Source of the DNA: the human T2T-CHM13v2.0 reference genome, Homo sapiens
NCBI RefSeq assembly: GCF_009914755.1
Contig: NC_060941.1
Reading direction: 5' to 3' (one strand)
DNA: 64,000 bases
The position numbers and the translations under genes are program-made. Every line of letters starts with the position of its first letter. Position 1 is the first letter of the stretch. Positions 1 to 12,987 of this stretch are shown here, piece by piece. The notes under the pieces were generated by a model. It was not told the DNA's origin. It did not search any database and saw only the letters and a program-made list of their open reading frames with translations.

Positions 1-150
1 CCTTACTCCTACAAGAATGGCCATAATTAAATTGATGTCGGCATGGATGTGGTGAAAAGGGAACACTTTTACGCTACTGGTGGGAGTGTAAACTAATAAA
101 ACCACTATGGAAAACAACATGGAGATTCCTTAAAAAACTACAAGTAGGTC
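1..150 (+). mobile_element. L1 (L1PB-like) ORF2 3' fragment, sense orientation
   Basis: Matches L1 late-ORF2 sequence (GGATGTGGTGAAAAGGGAACAC...ACCACTATGGAAAACAACATGGAGATTCCTTAAAAAACTA); abuts an antisense L1 segment at ~150. Confidence 0.8.
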
Positions 151-3100
151 TTTTGACTCCTTGGTTCAGTATATTCCTAAGATTTTTTTGTTTTTGTTTT
201 TGTTTTTTTTGCAGCTATTGTAAAAGGGGTTGAGTTCTTGATTTGGTTCTCCACTTGGTCACTGTTGGTGTATAGAAGAACTACTGATTTGTGTACAGTA
301 ATCTTGTATCTGGAAGCTTTGCTGATTCTTTTATCAGTTCTAGGAGCCTTCAGGAGGAGTCCTTAGGGTTTTTGAGGTAAACAATCATATCATCTGCAAA
401 TAGTGACCGTTTGACTTCCTCTTTACCAGTTTCGATGCCTTTCTTTCTCTTGCCATATTACTCTGGCTAGGACTTCCAGTACTATGTTGAAGAGGAGTGG
501 TGAGAGTGGGCATCCTTGTCTTGTTCCAGTTCTCAGAGGGAATGCTTTCAGCTTTTTGCCATTCAGTATTATGTCGGCTGTGGGTTTGTCGTAGATGGCT
601 TTTATTACATTAAGGTATGTCCCTTGTATGCCTATTTTGCTGAGGGTTTTAATCATAAAGAGATGCTGGATTTGTCAAATGCTTTTTCTGCATGGTCATG
701 TTATTTTTGCTTTTAATCTGTTTATGTGGTGTATCACATTTATTGACTTGCATATGTTAAACTATCCCTGCATCCCTGGTACGAAACCCACTTGATCATG
801 GTGGATTATCTTTTTGATATGTCGTTGGATTCGGTTAGCTAGTATTTTGTTAGGGATTTTAGCATCTACATTGATCAAGGATATCAGTCCGTAGTTTTCT
901 TTTTTGGTTATGTCCTTTCTTGGTTTTGGTATTAGAGTGATGCTGGCTTCATAGAATGAATTAGGGAGGGTTCCTTCTTTCTCTGTCTTGTGGAATAGCG
1001 TCAAAAGGGTTGGTACCAATTCTTCTTTGAATGTCTAGTAGAATTCTGCTGTGAATCATCTGGTCCTGGACTTTTTTTGTTGGTAATTTTTAATTACCAT
1101 TTCAATCTTGCTGCTTGTTATTGGTCTGTTCAGGATACCTAATTCCTCCTGATTTAAGCTAGGAGAGTTGTATTTTTCCAGGAATGTATCCATGTCTTCT
1201 AGGTTTTCTGATTTATGTGCGCAAGGGTGTTCATAGTAGCCCTGAATGATCTTTTGTATTTCAGTGATGTCAGTTGTAATATCTCCTGTTTTGTTTCTTA
1301 GTGGGGTTATTTGGATTTTCTCTCTTCTTTTCTTGGTTAATCTCACCAGTGGTCTATCAATTTTATTTATCTTTTTAAAGAACCAGCTTTTTGTTTCATT
1401 TATCTTTTGTATTTTTTTTTTTCAATTTCATTTAGTTCTGGTCTGATCTTTGTTATTTCCTTTCTTCTGCTGGGTTTGGGTTTGGTTTGTTCTTGCTTCT
1501 CTAGTTCCTTGAGGTGTGACCTTAGAGTGTCAGTTTGTGCTCTTTCAGTCTTTTTGATGTAGGCTATGAACTTTCCTCTTAGCACTGCCTTTGCTGTATC
1601 CCAGAGGTTTTGATAGGTTGTGTCATTATGGTCATTCAGTTCAAAGAATTTTAAAATTTCCATCTTGATTTCATTTTTGACCCAATGCTCATTCAGGAGC
1701 AGGTTATTCAAATTTTCTTGTATTTGCATGGTTTTGAAGGTCCCTTTTGGAGTTGATTTCCAGTTTTATTCCATTGTGGCCAGAGAGAGTGCTTGATATA
1801 ATTTCAATTTTCTTAAATTTATTGAGGCTCGCTTTATGGCCTATCATATGGTCTATCTTGGAGAAAATTCCATGAGCTGTGAATAGAATGTGTCTTCTGC
1901 AGTTATTGGATGAAATGTTCTGCATACATCTGTTAAGTCCATTTGTTCCAAGGTATAGTTTAAGTCCATTGTTTCTTTGTTGACTTTCTATCTTGATGAA
2001 CTGTCTAGTGCTGTCAGTGGAGTATTGAAGTCCCCCACTATTATTGTGTTGCTCTCCACCTCATTTCTTAGGTCTATTAGTAATTGTTTTGTAAATTTGG
2101 GAGCTCCAGTGTTAGGCACATATATGTTTAGAATTGTGATATTTTCCTGTTGGATAAGGCCTTTAGCATTGTATAATGTCCTTCTTTGTCTCTTTTAACT
2201 GCTGTTGCTTTAAAGTTTGCTTGTCTGATGTAAGGATAGCTACCCCTGCTCACTTTTGGTGTCCATTTGCATGAAATGCCTTTTTCCACCCCTTTACTTT
2301 AAGTTTATTTGAGTCCTTATGTGCTAGGTGAGTCTTCTGAAGGCAGCAGATGATTGGTTGGTGAGTTCTTACCCATTCTGCAGTTCTGTATCTTTTAAGT
2401 GGAGCATTTAGGCCTTTGACATTCAGTGTTAGTATTGAAATGTGAGGTATGGTTACATTCATCATGTTCTTTGTTGTCTGAGTACTTTGGTTTTTTGTTT
2501 TTTGTTTTTGCTTTTTAACTTGTATTTTTGTTTTATAGGTCCTGTGTAATTTGTGCTTAAAAATGTTCTGTTTTGATGTGTTTCCAGGATTTGTTTCAAG
2601 ATTTAGAGCTCCTTTTAGCAGTTTTTGTAGTGGTGGTTTGGTAATGATGAATTCTCTTAGCATTCATTTGTCTGAATAAGACTGTATCTTTCCTTCATAT
2701 ATGATGCTTAGTTTCACTGGATATAAAATTCTTGGCTGATAATTGTTTTGTTTGAAGAGGCTGAAGATAGGGCCCTAATCCCTTCTACCTTGTAGGGTTT
2801 CTACTGAGAAATCTGCTGTTAATCAGATAGGTTTTCGTTTACAGGTTACCTGGTGCTTCTGTCTCACAGCTCTTACGAGTCTTTCCTTCGTCTTAACTTT
2901 GGATAACCTGATGACAATGTGCCTAGGCGAAGATTGTTTTGCTATGAATTTCCCAGGTGTTCTTTGTGCTTCTTGTGTTTGGATATCTAGGTCTCTAGCA
3001 TCTTGGATATCAAGGCCAGGGAAGTTTTCCTCGATTATTCCCCCAAATATGTTTTCCAGGCTTTTAGAATTCTCTTCTTCCTCAGGTACACCAACTATTC

Positions 3101-3510
3101 TTAGATTTGGTTGTTTAACATAATCACAGACTTCTTGGAGGCTTTCTTCATATAGTCTTATTCTTTTTTTTTTTTTTTGTCTTTGTTGGATTGAGTTAAT
3201 TAGAAGAACTTATCTTCGAGCTCTGAATTTCCTTCTTCTACTTGTTCAGCTCTATTACTGAGACTTTCCGGAGCATTTTGCATTTCTAAAAGCGTGTCCA
3301 AAATTTCCTGAATTTTTGATGGTTTTTTCTTTATTCCCTTGACTATTTCCCCCTTCACTTCTTGTATCATATTTTGGATTTCCTTGCATTGGGCTTTGTC
3401 TTTCTCTGGTCCCTCCCTGATTAGCTTAATAACTAACTTCGTGAACTCTTTTTCAGGTAAATCAGGGATTTCTTCTTGGTTTGGATCCATTACTGGTGAA
3501 CTAGTGCGAT
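151..3510 (-). mobile_element. Degraded LINE-1 (L1PB-like): ORF1, ORF2 endonuclease and part of reverse transcriptase
   Basis: Minus-strand ORFs give L1 peptides: ORF1 (MDPNQEEIPDLPEKEF...), endonuclease (ILTLNVKGLNAPLKR; SKIDHMIGHK), RT ([21 protein letters not shown]; [15 protein letters not shown]). Many stops and frameshifts. Confidence 0.95.
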
Positions 3511-3839
3511 TTTCCTACCAAGCTTTATGTAATACTATTCACTTTCAGAATCTGTCCTGTACCCAGGTTCTAATATTAATTTCTGCTTCCCTCATATACC
3601 ATCTCAAGACTGCTATCTTTGGCCTCCTGTATTTCCAAGCTTCTTTCTTTTATCTCCCCAGAGGTTAAGGCTTTCATCCATCAGCTCTCTGACTTGTTCT
3701 TAGTATTTCCCTACACAGCAAGGGGACTCTCTTCTTATGGGTAAACTCTCATTGATATTATCCATGTTCTGTATTATAAAGATATTTCCTTATTCTTTCT
3801 TCTATGAAATTGCCACCTGAGTTTCCTCTTTGTTTTGTT

Positions 3840-4145
3840 TTTTTTTTTTTTTTTTTTTTTTTAGACAGATTCTTGCTCTGTCGCTCAGGCTGGAGTGCAG
3901 TGGCACATTCTCGGCTCACTGCAACCTCCGCCTTGAAGGTGCAAGCGATTCTTCTGCCTCAGCCTCCTGAGTAGCTGGGATTACAGGCTCCTGCCACCAC
4001 CCCTGGCTAATTTTTGTATTTTCAGTAGAGACGGGGTTTCACCATGTTGGCCTGGCTGGTTTGGAACTCCTGACCTTAAGTGATCTGCCCATCTCAGCCT
4101 CCCAAAGTGCTGAGATTACAGGCATGAGCCACCATGTCTGGCCTG
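3840..4145 (-). mobile_element. Alu (AluS-like) with target-site duplication
   Basis: Poly(T) plus Alu consensus; CTGAGTTTCCTCTTTG occurs on both sides. Confidence 0.9.
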
Positions 4146-4359
4146 AGTTTCCTCTTTGGTGTAGGCTCTGAAGCTGACTGCGCTGGTCCTAAATTTTTAT
4201 TTCCTGACTTATATGCAAATACAAATGTTTAATATTCTGCCTCTTAGTTACACTGTAGGCATGGACTATAGGTTATTTTACTTGCCTTACTTGTTAATTT
4301 GTATGGATTTTTGGAGACCACGTGGAGAGATTAAATTTATGTGTCTACTGTCATACTAA

Positions 4360-4590
4360 AGCAGTGTTTCTAACCTTTTTTTCTCTTGCTCCCCTAAGAA
4401 GCCTTTATAGACATTTTAGTTCCTAATTATCCCCCACCCCCATGAAAATTTAATACCACAGATATACCATATATCTGTTTAAGTACTATGGCCAGAAACT
4501 ATTGTAATATCTGAGATTTTTTTTTTCTCCTAAGAACCAGTTTTACCCCTTGAGAGCAGTATCACTCTCAATGAGAATGTATGTTCTGAA
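4360..4590. mobile_element. Probable hAT/MER-type non-autonomous DNA transposon remnant
   Basis: Starts with a CAGTGTTTCT terminal-like motif typical of hAT-Charlie MITEs; family not determined. Confidence 0.4.
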
Positions 4591-5097
4591 AGTATCTTGA
4601 ATTTTTTTTTCATTGTTGTACTGCCGAATCCTATAAGTAGTATTTTACTTATACTTTAACACATGTATGAGTAATATTGGTCTATAATTTCCCTCCCTCA
4701 CCTCCTCAGTATTATATTTATTCTGTAGTTTTGTAGGCAATTAGGAGCTACTGAAGGGTTTTATGCATGGGAATAATCAATTTTTTTAAAGAGGAATACA
4801 TCCCTTGACATACTGTGGAAAATAAATAGAAGATGAGACTGGTGGCATAGGTTTTTAAAGATGCCATTGTAATAATAAAGGTATTAGTTAATGCAGTAGT
4901 AAATTCAAGAAGTATTTGGAAATAAAATGAGCAGAAATTGATAATCATATGCATGCAAGAGGTAAGGGAGAAGAAATAGCCCAGCCTTACTCTCAAGCTT
5001 TTAACTTCTGTTATAATTTGACTATTAGCTTCAGCTATATTATTTAATTCTGAAACAATAATTCTTTCTTTTAAGTAAATTATGCTTTGCCTTACAG

Positions 5098-5381
5098 AAA
5101 GTGGCAAGGTTAGCATTCAAGAATTTATGACTAAATTATCCGATATATTGACAATTCCTAAAGCTGCAGGTAAGTTTTATTTAATATGTACTTATTGCCC
5201 AGATCTAGAAAGGCAAGCAGTGGTTTACATGTTAAAAACAATACAGGATTCGATAGTTAAAGCACAGGTAAGTAAGAAGCAATACAATATGAATATAAAA
5301 CAACACAAGATTAGTTTACATAACTTCTGTTTGAATTCTAAGGCAAATATTGCTAAGCTTAACCCAAACTCAAAATTTTAG
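5098..5381 (+). CDS. EFCAB13: Terminal coding exon of EF-hand calcium-binding domain protein 13 (rest of gene is upstream, outside window)
   Basis: Acceptor TTTGCCTTACAG|AAAGTGG at 5097/5098 (phase 1); open frame ESGKVSIQEFMTKL...NPNSKF* ending TAG 5379-5381. GKVSIQEF fits the second half of an EF-hand loop. Gene name from recall of the protein C-terminus and the neighbouring MRPL45 pseudogene. Confidence 0.85.
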
Positions 5382-5569
5382 GTAGTCTTACTTGATAGTG
5401 CTAGAAAATTACTAGATTATATATTATTCAGTATGCATATTTGACTTCTGAAATTATTAGAAAATAATTTTTAAAACTTTTGACAAATCCAGTAGAATTT
5501 TTATCACTATCTGTTATGTTCTCATGTATCTTCAGCGACTCTCTTGATCACACTTTTTAAACATTCATG

Positions 5570-5850
5570 CTTTTTGAGGTATAATGTACATATGGCAAAA
5601 TTCACTCTTTTTAGGTATACAGTTCTTTGGATTCTTAAAAATAATGTAATGTAACCCTTACTATACACAACATATAGACTATATTATCCCCCAGAAGTCT
5701 CTTATGCCCTTTTGGTAATCCATTTCTTCCTCTACCCTGAGCCCCTGGCAACTACTGATTCATTCTTTGTCCCTCTAGTTTTGCCTTTTGTGGAATATCA
5801 TGTAAATGATTAAATATGAAGTGGTTTGAGTTTGGCAGTCATTGCATGCA
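5570..5850 (-). mobile_element. Old L1M 3'-end fragment within the EFCAB13 3' UTR region
   Basis: TTGAGGTATAATGTACAT...CCCTGGCAACTACTGAT...TTTTGCCTTTT is typical antisense L1M 3' end. Confidence 0.7.
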
Positions 5851-5951
5851 TATACCTTGAATTTACTTTGTTTATACTCTCATTTATACTACCAACCCTC
5901 CCTAGAAAAAATGGATTCTGATTGGTTCTGGTTGCAGTATTACAAATTCCA

Positions 5952-5957
5952 AATAAA
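5952..5957 (+). terminator. Candidate polyadenylation signal for EFCAB13
   Basis: AATAAA ~570 nt after the stop codon, followed by GT-rich sequence; cleavage site not determinable from sequence. Confidence 0.45.
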
Positions 5958-6020
5958 GCTTTATTTGAGGACCCCCAAAGTTGAGGTACTGATCCCTTTG
6001 GCTGTTTGTTTCCCACTAAG

Positions 6021-6021
<1 letters not shown>

Positions 6022-6070
<49 letters not shown>
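6022..6070. repeat. (TG)n microsatellite
   Basis: Direct observation. Confidence 0.97.
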
Positions 6071-6071
<1 letters not shown>

Positions 6072-6390
6072 ACCAACATTTTGTTGAATCAACAATGTAC
6101 CATTAGTAAAGCTGCTGTGCAAAATTATCCCTCAGATCTGTTCTAAACTTACAGTTTAACTGATTTTATTGTCCTCACCTAAGGTTATACAATTCATTTT
6201 TTGGAAGAAAATACTAGGACATTAAATCAAGATGGTTACTTTTGCTATTTTGCTGAAGTTCATATTTAAATATAAATGAAGAAGTTAATCTACACATTAG
6301 AAGTGTTTTAAAAAATGTTTAAATTGATACATAATTGTACTTTCATTTATACATTGTATAATAATCAAATCAGTGTAAGTAGCAACCCAT

Positions 6391-6825
6391 TGTGAACCCC
6401 AAATATCAGAAACAGGATTCAATTAATTTAGAAAGCTTATTTTTGCCAAGGTTAAGGGTGTGCCCATGACACAGACTTAGGAGGTCCTGACACATGTGCC
6501 TAAGGTGGTTGGGGCACAGCTTGGTTTTATACATTTTAGGGAGACATGAAATATCAATCAATACATGTAAGATGTACATTGGCCAGAAGGGCAGGGGAAA
6601 GACAATTTGAAGCGGGGAATTTCCTTATGGGCAAATTGTGAGGGAGTTAATGTAGCTTCTTCTTTTATTTTATTTTATTTTATTTTATTTTATTTTATTT
6701 TTTATCTCTGTTGCTATCTCCTTTAGGAATAGAATGGGAGGTAGGTTTGCCTGACACAGTTCCCAGCTTGACTTTTCCCTTTGGCTTAGTGATTTTGGGA
6801 TACCGAGATTTATTTTCCTTTCACA
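6391..6825 (-). mobile_element. ERV1 solo LTR (MER4-like) containing a (TTTTA)n tract
   Basis: TG...CA termini, 4-bp TSD CCAT (6387-6390, 6826-6829), MER4-like internal motifs (TTTGCCAAGGTTAAGG, TTATACATTTTAGGGAGACATGA). Confidence 0.8.
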
Positions 6826-7129
6826 CCATCAGCTCAAACATTTATCATTTCTTTGTAGTGAGAACATTCAATACATTATTAACTATAGTCACCCTTTAAT
6901 TTTTAAATAGACAAATACAAATTGTATGTACTGTATATTGCATGATTCAAAATATGTACATACATTGTGGAATGGCTAAATTGAATTAATTAACGTGTTT
7001 TACCTCACATACCTATTTTTGTGATGAGAACACAAAATCTTTTCTCTTAGCAATTTTCAAAAATATTATACATTGTTATTAACTGTAGTCACCATGTTAT
7101 ACAACAGAGCTCTTAACCTTATTGATTTT

Positions 7130-8844
7130 CTAATATTTTATTAAAGATTTTTGAGAGTATGTTTATGAGGGATATTGGTCTATAGTTTTCTTTTAGTGTC
7201 TTTTCCAGATTTTTTTGTTAGGGTTATGCTGACCTCATAAAATGAGTTGGGAAGTCTTCCCTCCCTTTTTTATTTCTGGTTGAGTTTGTGCATTAGTTGG
7301 TTCTAATGCTGCTAATAAAGAAATATCTGAGACTGGGTAAGTTATAAAAGAAAGAGGTTTAACTGACTCACAGTTCCATATGGCTGGGGAGACCTCACAA
7401 TCATGGTGGAAGGCGAATGAGGAGCAAATTCACCTCTTACATGGCGGCAGGCAAGAGGGCTTGTGCAGGGGAACTCCCATTTATAAAAACCATTAAATCT
7501 CGTGAGACTTATTCACTTATGGGGACACTGCCCCCATGATTCGATTATGTCCACTGGCCCCACCCTTGACACTTGAGGATTATTACAATTCAAGGTGAGA
7601 TTTGGGTGGGGACACAGCCAAACCATATCAGTTTATGATTATGATTAGGATTATTGTTTTCATTAAATGTTTGGTAGAATTCACCATCTATTCCTGAAGA
7701 TTTAAAATATTGAGCTCTATTTATTCAATGGATATATAGCTCTTTAGAGCCTCCCTCTTCTAAATCTTTCTGTAGTTGTCACTATATCTTTCTGTAAGTA
7801 TCATAAAGAAGAAATATACTTTCTATAAGTGGAACTGTGTCTTGTCAAAGTTTATTTTATGTAATTTGTCAGGTTTATTGTCATGAAATTGTTCATAATA
7901 TCCCCTTATTATCCTTTTAATGTCTATAGTGTGATGTCTTATTTTTCATTCCTGATGTTTGTAATTTCTATTTTCTCTTTTTTGTTTGTAACCAGTCTTG
8001 CTAGGGAGTTATTAAATTTATTAATAATTTTACACAAATGGTGATTTTGTTAATTTTTGTTAACTTTTCTCTTTTGTTTTTCTTTTTCATTGGTTTATAT
8101 TTTTATTGTTACTATCATTTGGTCTTTGTTTACTTTGGGCTTCATTTACCCTTCTTTGCTAGCTTGTTAAGATAGAAGCTTAGATAACTGATTTTTATCC
8201 TTTTCTAACATTAAAACTGCAAATTTTCCCCTAATATGTCTTTCATTGCATCTCACAAACGTTGTTATGTTGTGCTTTTTATCATTTACTAAAATATTTT
8301 CTAATTTACCTAATGATTTTTTCTTTGAAGTGTAGGTTATTTAGAAATGTAGTCTTTAATTTCCAAATATTGGGACATTTTCTAGATATCTTAATTATTA
8401 TTGATTTCTAATTTATTTATTTCTTTTAGGGAGAGGGTCTTGCTTGTTGCTCAGGCTGGAGTGCAGGTGGCATGATCATGGTTCACTGCAGCCTCCAACT
8501 CTTGGGCTCAAGCAACCTCTTGCCTCAGCCTTGCAAGTAACTGGGACTACAGGCACACACCATTACACCTGGCTAATTTTAAACATTTTTTCTGTAGAGA
8601 TGGGGTCTCATTTTGTGTTCCAGGCTGGTCTTGAGCTCCTGGGCTCAAGCATTTCTCCTGCCTTGGCCTCCCCAAGTGTTGGGATTATAGTTGTGAGCCA
8701 CTGTGCCAAGCCTGATTTCTAATTTAATACATTTGGCCAGAGAATATATTTTGCATGATTTAAATTCTTAAATTAATTAAGATTTATTTATAGCCCTGGT
8801 TATGGTCTATCTAAGTGAATGTTCCATGTGTACCTGAAAGAATG
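7130..8844 (-). mobile_element. Old L1M ORF2 fragment, interrupted by a THE1 LTR and an AluJ, ending abruptly at ~8844
   Basis: Antisense L1 motifs (ATATTGGTCTATAGTTTTCTTT, CCTCATAAAATGAGTTGGGAAGT, TATGGTCTATCT...GAATGTTCCATGTG). Confidence 0.8.
7289..7630 (-). mobile_element. THE1 (ERVL-MaLR) solo LTR
   Basis: Ends in GGGGACACAGCCAAACCATATCA (reverse of THE1 5' end); contains GACTCACAGTTCCA..GGCTGGGGAG. Confidence 0.9.
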
Positions 8845-8947
8845 GCTTGAACTCGCGGGGAGGAGGTTGCAGTGAGCCAAGATTGCACCACTGCACTCCA
8901 GCCTGGGCAACAGAGTGAGACTCCATCTCAAAACAAAAGAAAAAAAT
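8839..8947 (+). mobile_element. Alu right-arm fragment fused directly to the L1M
   Basis: AGAATGGCTTGAAC...GAGACTCCATCTC-A-tail; no TSD seen and the L1M does not resume afterwards. Confidence 0.85.
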
Positions 8948-11284
8948 TTTTTGGTTAAGAGTTTAGATAAAGGAAAAAACTCCATTTAAATGTTTCTGTG
9001 AAGAAAACCATAATGGATTACATGGCACAACAACAGTTTCAAAAAATTAAAACCAATTTGTAAACATTAATCATCACGGTTACTTATATGCCCTTAAAAA
9101 TGATCTATATGCTCCTAGTGTCACATAAGACACGTTAATCTAGGAGTCTACTTCACTCAGACTTTTTGCAACTAACATGCATTCTTTGTTTCTTCATCAC
9201 TGTGGGGAAGAGGTGGTACATACAAAAGGTTCTTGACATAACCCTATAAAAAGATGATCACATGGTGTATTATCTGGGAATTTAAATGGTCACAATTCCA
9301 GGATACGTCAATGCTATCAACTTTAAAAAATAAATAAATTTGACCTATAATGGGGGGGCCAGCCGGGGGTAGGGGAGAAAGAGGCAAACTGTGTATCCTG
9401 GAACTTTGTAACTGGAAAAAAATTAGCAGCAGCAGCAGCCTGATCAAAACTGCAACTTCTTGCCCACCTGGACAACCCAGCTCTCTTTTCTAGAAATTAG
9501 CATCTATGCTCAATTTCTAATAATGGAATGGTGCCTAGGTACTCATGTTTGTCTAGGTGAAAACAGCTTCTAAATCCAGGTGCTTACATCAGAATTGCTC
9601 TCCTGGAAATTTAGGACTGAGACATTGAGTCACTTACCTGTAGGGTAACCTGTAGAATCAGAGATTTCTCAAATTTGACCTGTCTTATTTTGATACCATG
9701 TTTCCCAGCAATGTAACCTCCCCTTAAGTATCAGTTTTTGTAAAATCTCCTAATCAATTTCTTATCAGATTATATTATATAAATACCTATCATCTAGAGT
9801 ACTCCAGAAGCCAAATGAACATTAAAAAAAAAATACTGAGATAGGGCCAGGCATAGTGGCTGAGTGTAATCCCAGCATTTTGGGAGGCTGAGTTGGAAGG
9901 ATAACTTGAGGCCAGGAGTTCATGACCAGCCTGGGCTATATAGCAAGACGCTGTCTCTCTACCAATTCTATAAATATTAAAAAAAAAAAAAACTGGGTGT
10001 GGTGGTGGCACTTGTACTCCTAGCTACTTGAGAGGCTGAGGTGGGAGGACGGATTGATTGAGGCCAGGAGTTTGAGGCTATCGTGAACCATAATTGTCCA
10101 CTGCAGTCCACCCTGGGGTGACGGACTAATAGACTCTGTCTCTAAATAAATAAATATTACAAAAAGAAAAGCACTGAGATAGGTAATGTTGGTAAGTGAG
10201 ATTATAGATTTTAATCTCATGAACAATTTTAAGTTAGCTACTATACACTCCCATTTCCAAAAGTTTAGATTGGAATGTTTGCTGCCTTTGGTAGCTAAGA
10301 GAAAAGAAATAACAATGAGGGATATTATAGTGCCATTCTTCCACAGTCCTTATCAAATAAATAGGCCTTTGAGTCTTGGAATTGTTGAGAGTAAGAAAGC
10401 AAATAATATATAAAGTTGACAAGCACAAAAGACACAAAGAGGCCAGGCATGGTGGCTCAAGCTTGTAATTCCAACACTTTGGGAGGCCAGGGCAGGGGGG
10501 TTGTCTGAATCCAGGAGTTCAAGACCAGCCTAGGCAACATAATGAGATCCCATCTCTACAAAAAATAAAAACAAAAGTAGCCAGACATGATGGTGCATGC
10601 CTGTAGTCCCAGCTACTCAGGAGGCTGAGGTGGGAGGATCACTTGAGGCTGGGAGGTCGAAGCTACAGTGAGCTGTAATTGCACCACTGCACTCCAGCCT
10701 GGGGAACAGTAAGACCATGTTGGAAAAAAAGAAGAGGGGAGGGGAAGGGGAGGAGAGACCACAAGAAACAAATATAATGAATAATAGTTTACTATTCCTG
10801 AGAAAAAGAGAATACCAAATGTAAGAGAATGTGTAACTAGGGTTGGGGAGAGCGGGCTGGAGAGAGACAGCACACAAAGACAACAGAGAGAAGTCAAATA
10901 GGAAATTTCAAAATGAGAATCAGCTGATGTATAAAAAAGAGCAAAATAATTTTTTTACCGATAGAACTGCAAGATTTAGCTTTCCAAAATGATTCAATTC
11001 TCCAGAAAAGAAAAATTAATTTAAGCACTCATCTAAGTAACTAGTATAAAGTGCCAAGCAAAAATAAACATTTATTAGATATAGACAAATGCAAATATAT
11101 TCAATGCTTTCGTACAAATGTGAATATCTGGGGGCCTTATTATCATCTTGTTAATATATGTCAGTGAACAATTTGTAGACACAAGACTTGTTTTACAAAC
11201 TGGGTAATATGTTCCATGAACGTAAGCCAGGAATTTAAAACTTAGTGTCTATCTCTTCATTCTAAGAAATGTTTCAGCTAACTC

Positions 11285-11286
<2 letters not shown>

Positions 11287-11336
<50 letters not shown>
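11287..11336. repeat. (TG)n microsatellite
   Basis: Direct observation. Confidence 0.97.
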
Positions 11337-11339
<3 letters not shown>

Positions 11340-12739
11340 ATGTTTTCTATCTCATGTGGTGGTGATGAGCCTAGTACTTATATTCTTGAAATGAAAATCC
11401 CATTCTGATATTTCTTCCTCCCTCTTCTCTGTCACATTAAACTGATCACCAGGCTGGTCAGCTGAAGCTCTTACATATTACCGAATGTCTCTGTCCCGTT
11501 GTTCCTACTACTTCAGATCCTCATTCCAGTGTCTGGGACACTGTCAGAGTCTAAATAGATTCTAGGTCTCTTGTCTCGTCTATCTTCCATCTCCCAATCC
11601 TCCTTCCCCCAATCCATTAGAATGACAGACCTAAGCATATCCTTTCTGAACATAAAAACCCTTCAATAACTTTAGGGATAAACTTTAGGCTCCTTAACAT
11701 TATGCATGAGGTGCTTGAACATCTGACCCTTGACAGTCCCTCTCAGCATTCTAGCACATTCAGGGTCCTAACAATACCACCCTTCTCCCTGCCACCATCC
11801 CAAATCCCTCCCCCTGCTCACCACTCTCCTTGTTATTTCCCACTTCAAAGCTTTTGCTCCTTCAATCTGTAAAATTAACAGCCACTCATGTGTTCCTTCC
11901 TTTCTCCTCTCTTCACAGCCAGCACCTGGAGGTTTCTTACTCTTAGGAAAAACTGCGACCTTTTCTAAGATACCTCCTCCCTCTTTCCTCAGTCCTGTTA
12001 AAGGTTAGGTGGACATTCACTGTACCTCGAAAATCCTTGCACATATTATTGTTTAACAATCACCGATTGATGCACGTCTATCCACCATACAGACCTGGTA
12101 CATATAAGAGGACATGCCAGAAATGAGGACGAGATCAATGGGCAGATAGATGAAATGTTTAGCTTCCTTATTTACCTGAAACCTCATTTTTGGAAGTCCT
12201 AAAACCCATAAAGAATATTTGGTGCTTTCAAAAATATCTTTTACTTGGCCAGGTGCAGTGGCTTACACCTGTAATCCCAGCATTTTGGGATACTAAGGCC
12301 GCTGGATCACTTGAGGTCAGGAGTTCGAGCCCAGCCTGGCCAACATAGCAAAACCCCATCTCTACTAAAAATACAAAAATTAGCCGGGCATGGTGGTCCC
12401 GCCTATAATCCCAGCTACTCAGGAGGCTGAGGCATGACGAGAATCGCTTAGACCTGGGAGGCAGAGAGGGTGCACTGGGCCAAGATCACACCACTGCACT
12501 CCAACCTGAGTGATGGAGTGAGAATCTGCCTTTAAAAAAAAAAAAATTAGCTGGGTGTAGTAGTGGATGCCTGTAATCCCAGCTACTCGGGGGCTGAGGC
12601 AGGAGAATCGCTTGAACCTGGGAGGCGGAGGTTGCAGTAAGCCAAGATCTCAGCACCGCACTCCAGCCTGGGCGACAGAACGAGACTCCACCTCAAAAAA
12701 AAAAAAAAAAAAAAAGTCCTGGCCAGGCGCAGTGGCTCA

Positions 12740-12987
<248 letters not shown>

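Noticed and set aside
423-3490. ORFs with endonuclease and reverse-transcriptase motifs
   Set aside because: Fragments of a dead L1, not a novel RT system.
4748-5116. 122-aa minus-strand ORF overlapping the EFCAB13 acceptor
   Set aside because: AT-rich intronic antisense frame with no recognisable homology.
9638-9649. Possible 12-nt minus-strand microexon (CTACAG|GTTACCCTACAG|GTAAGT)
   Set aside because: Strong donor but weak polypyrimidine tract; likely chance or a short local duplication.
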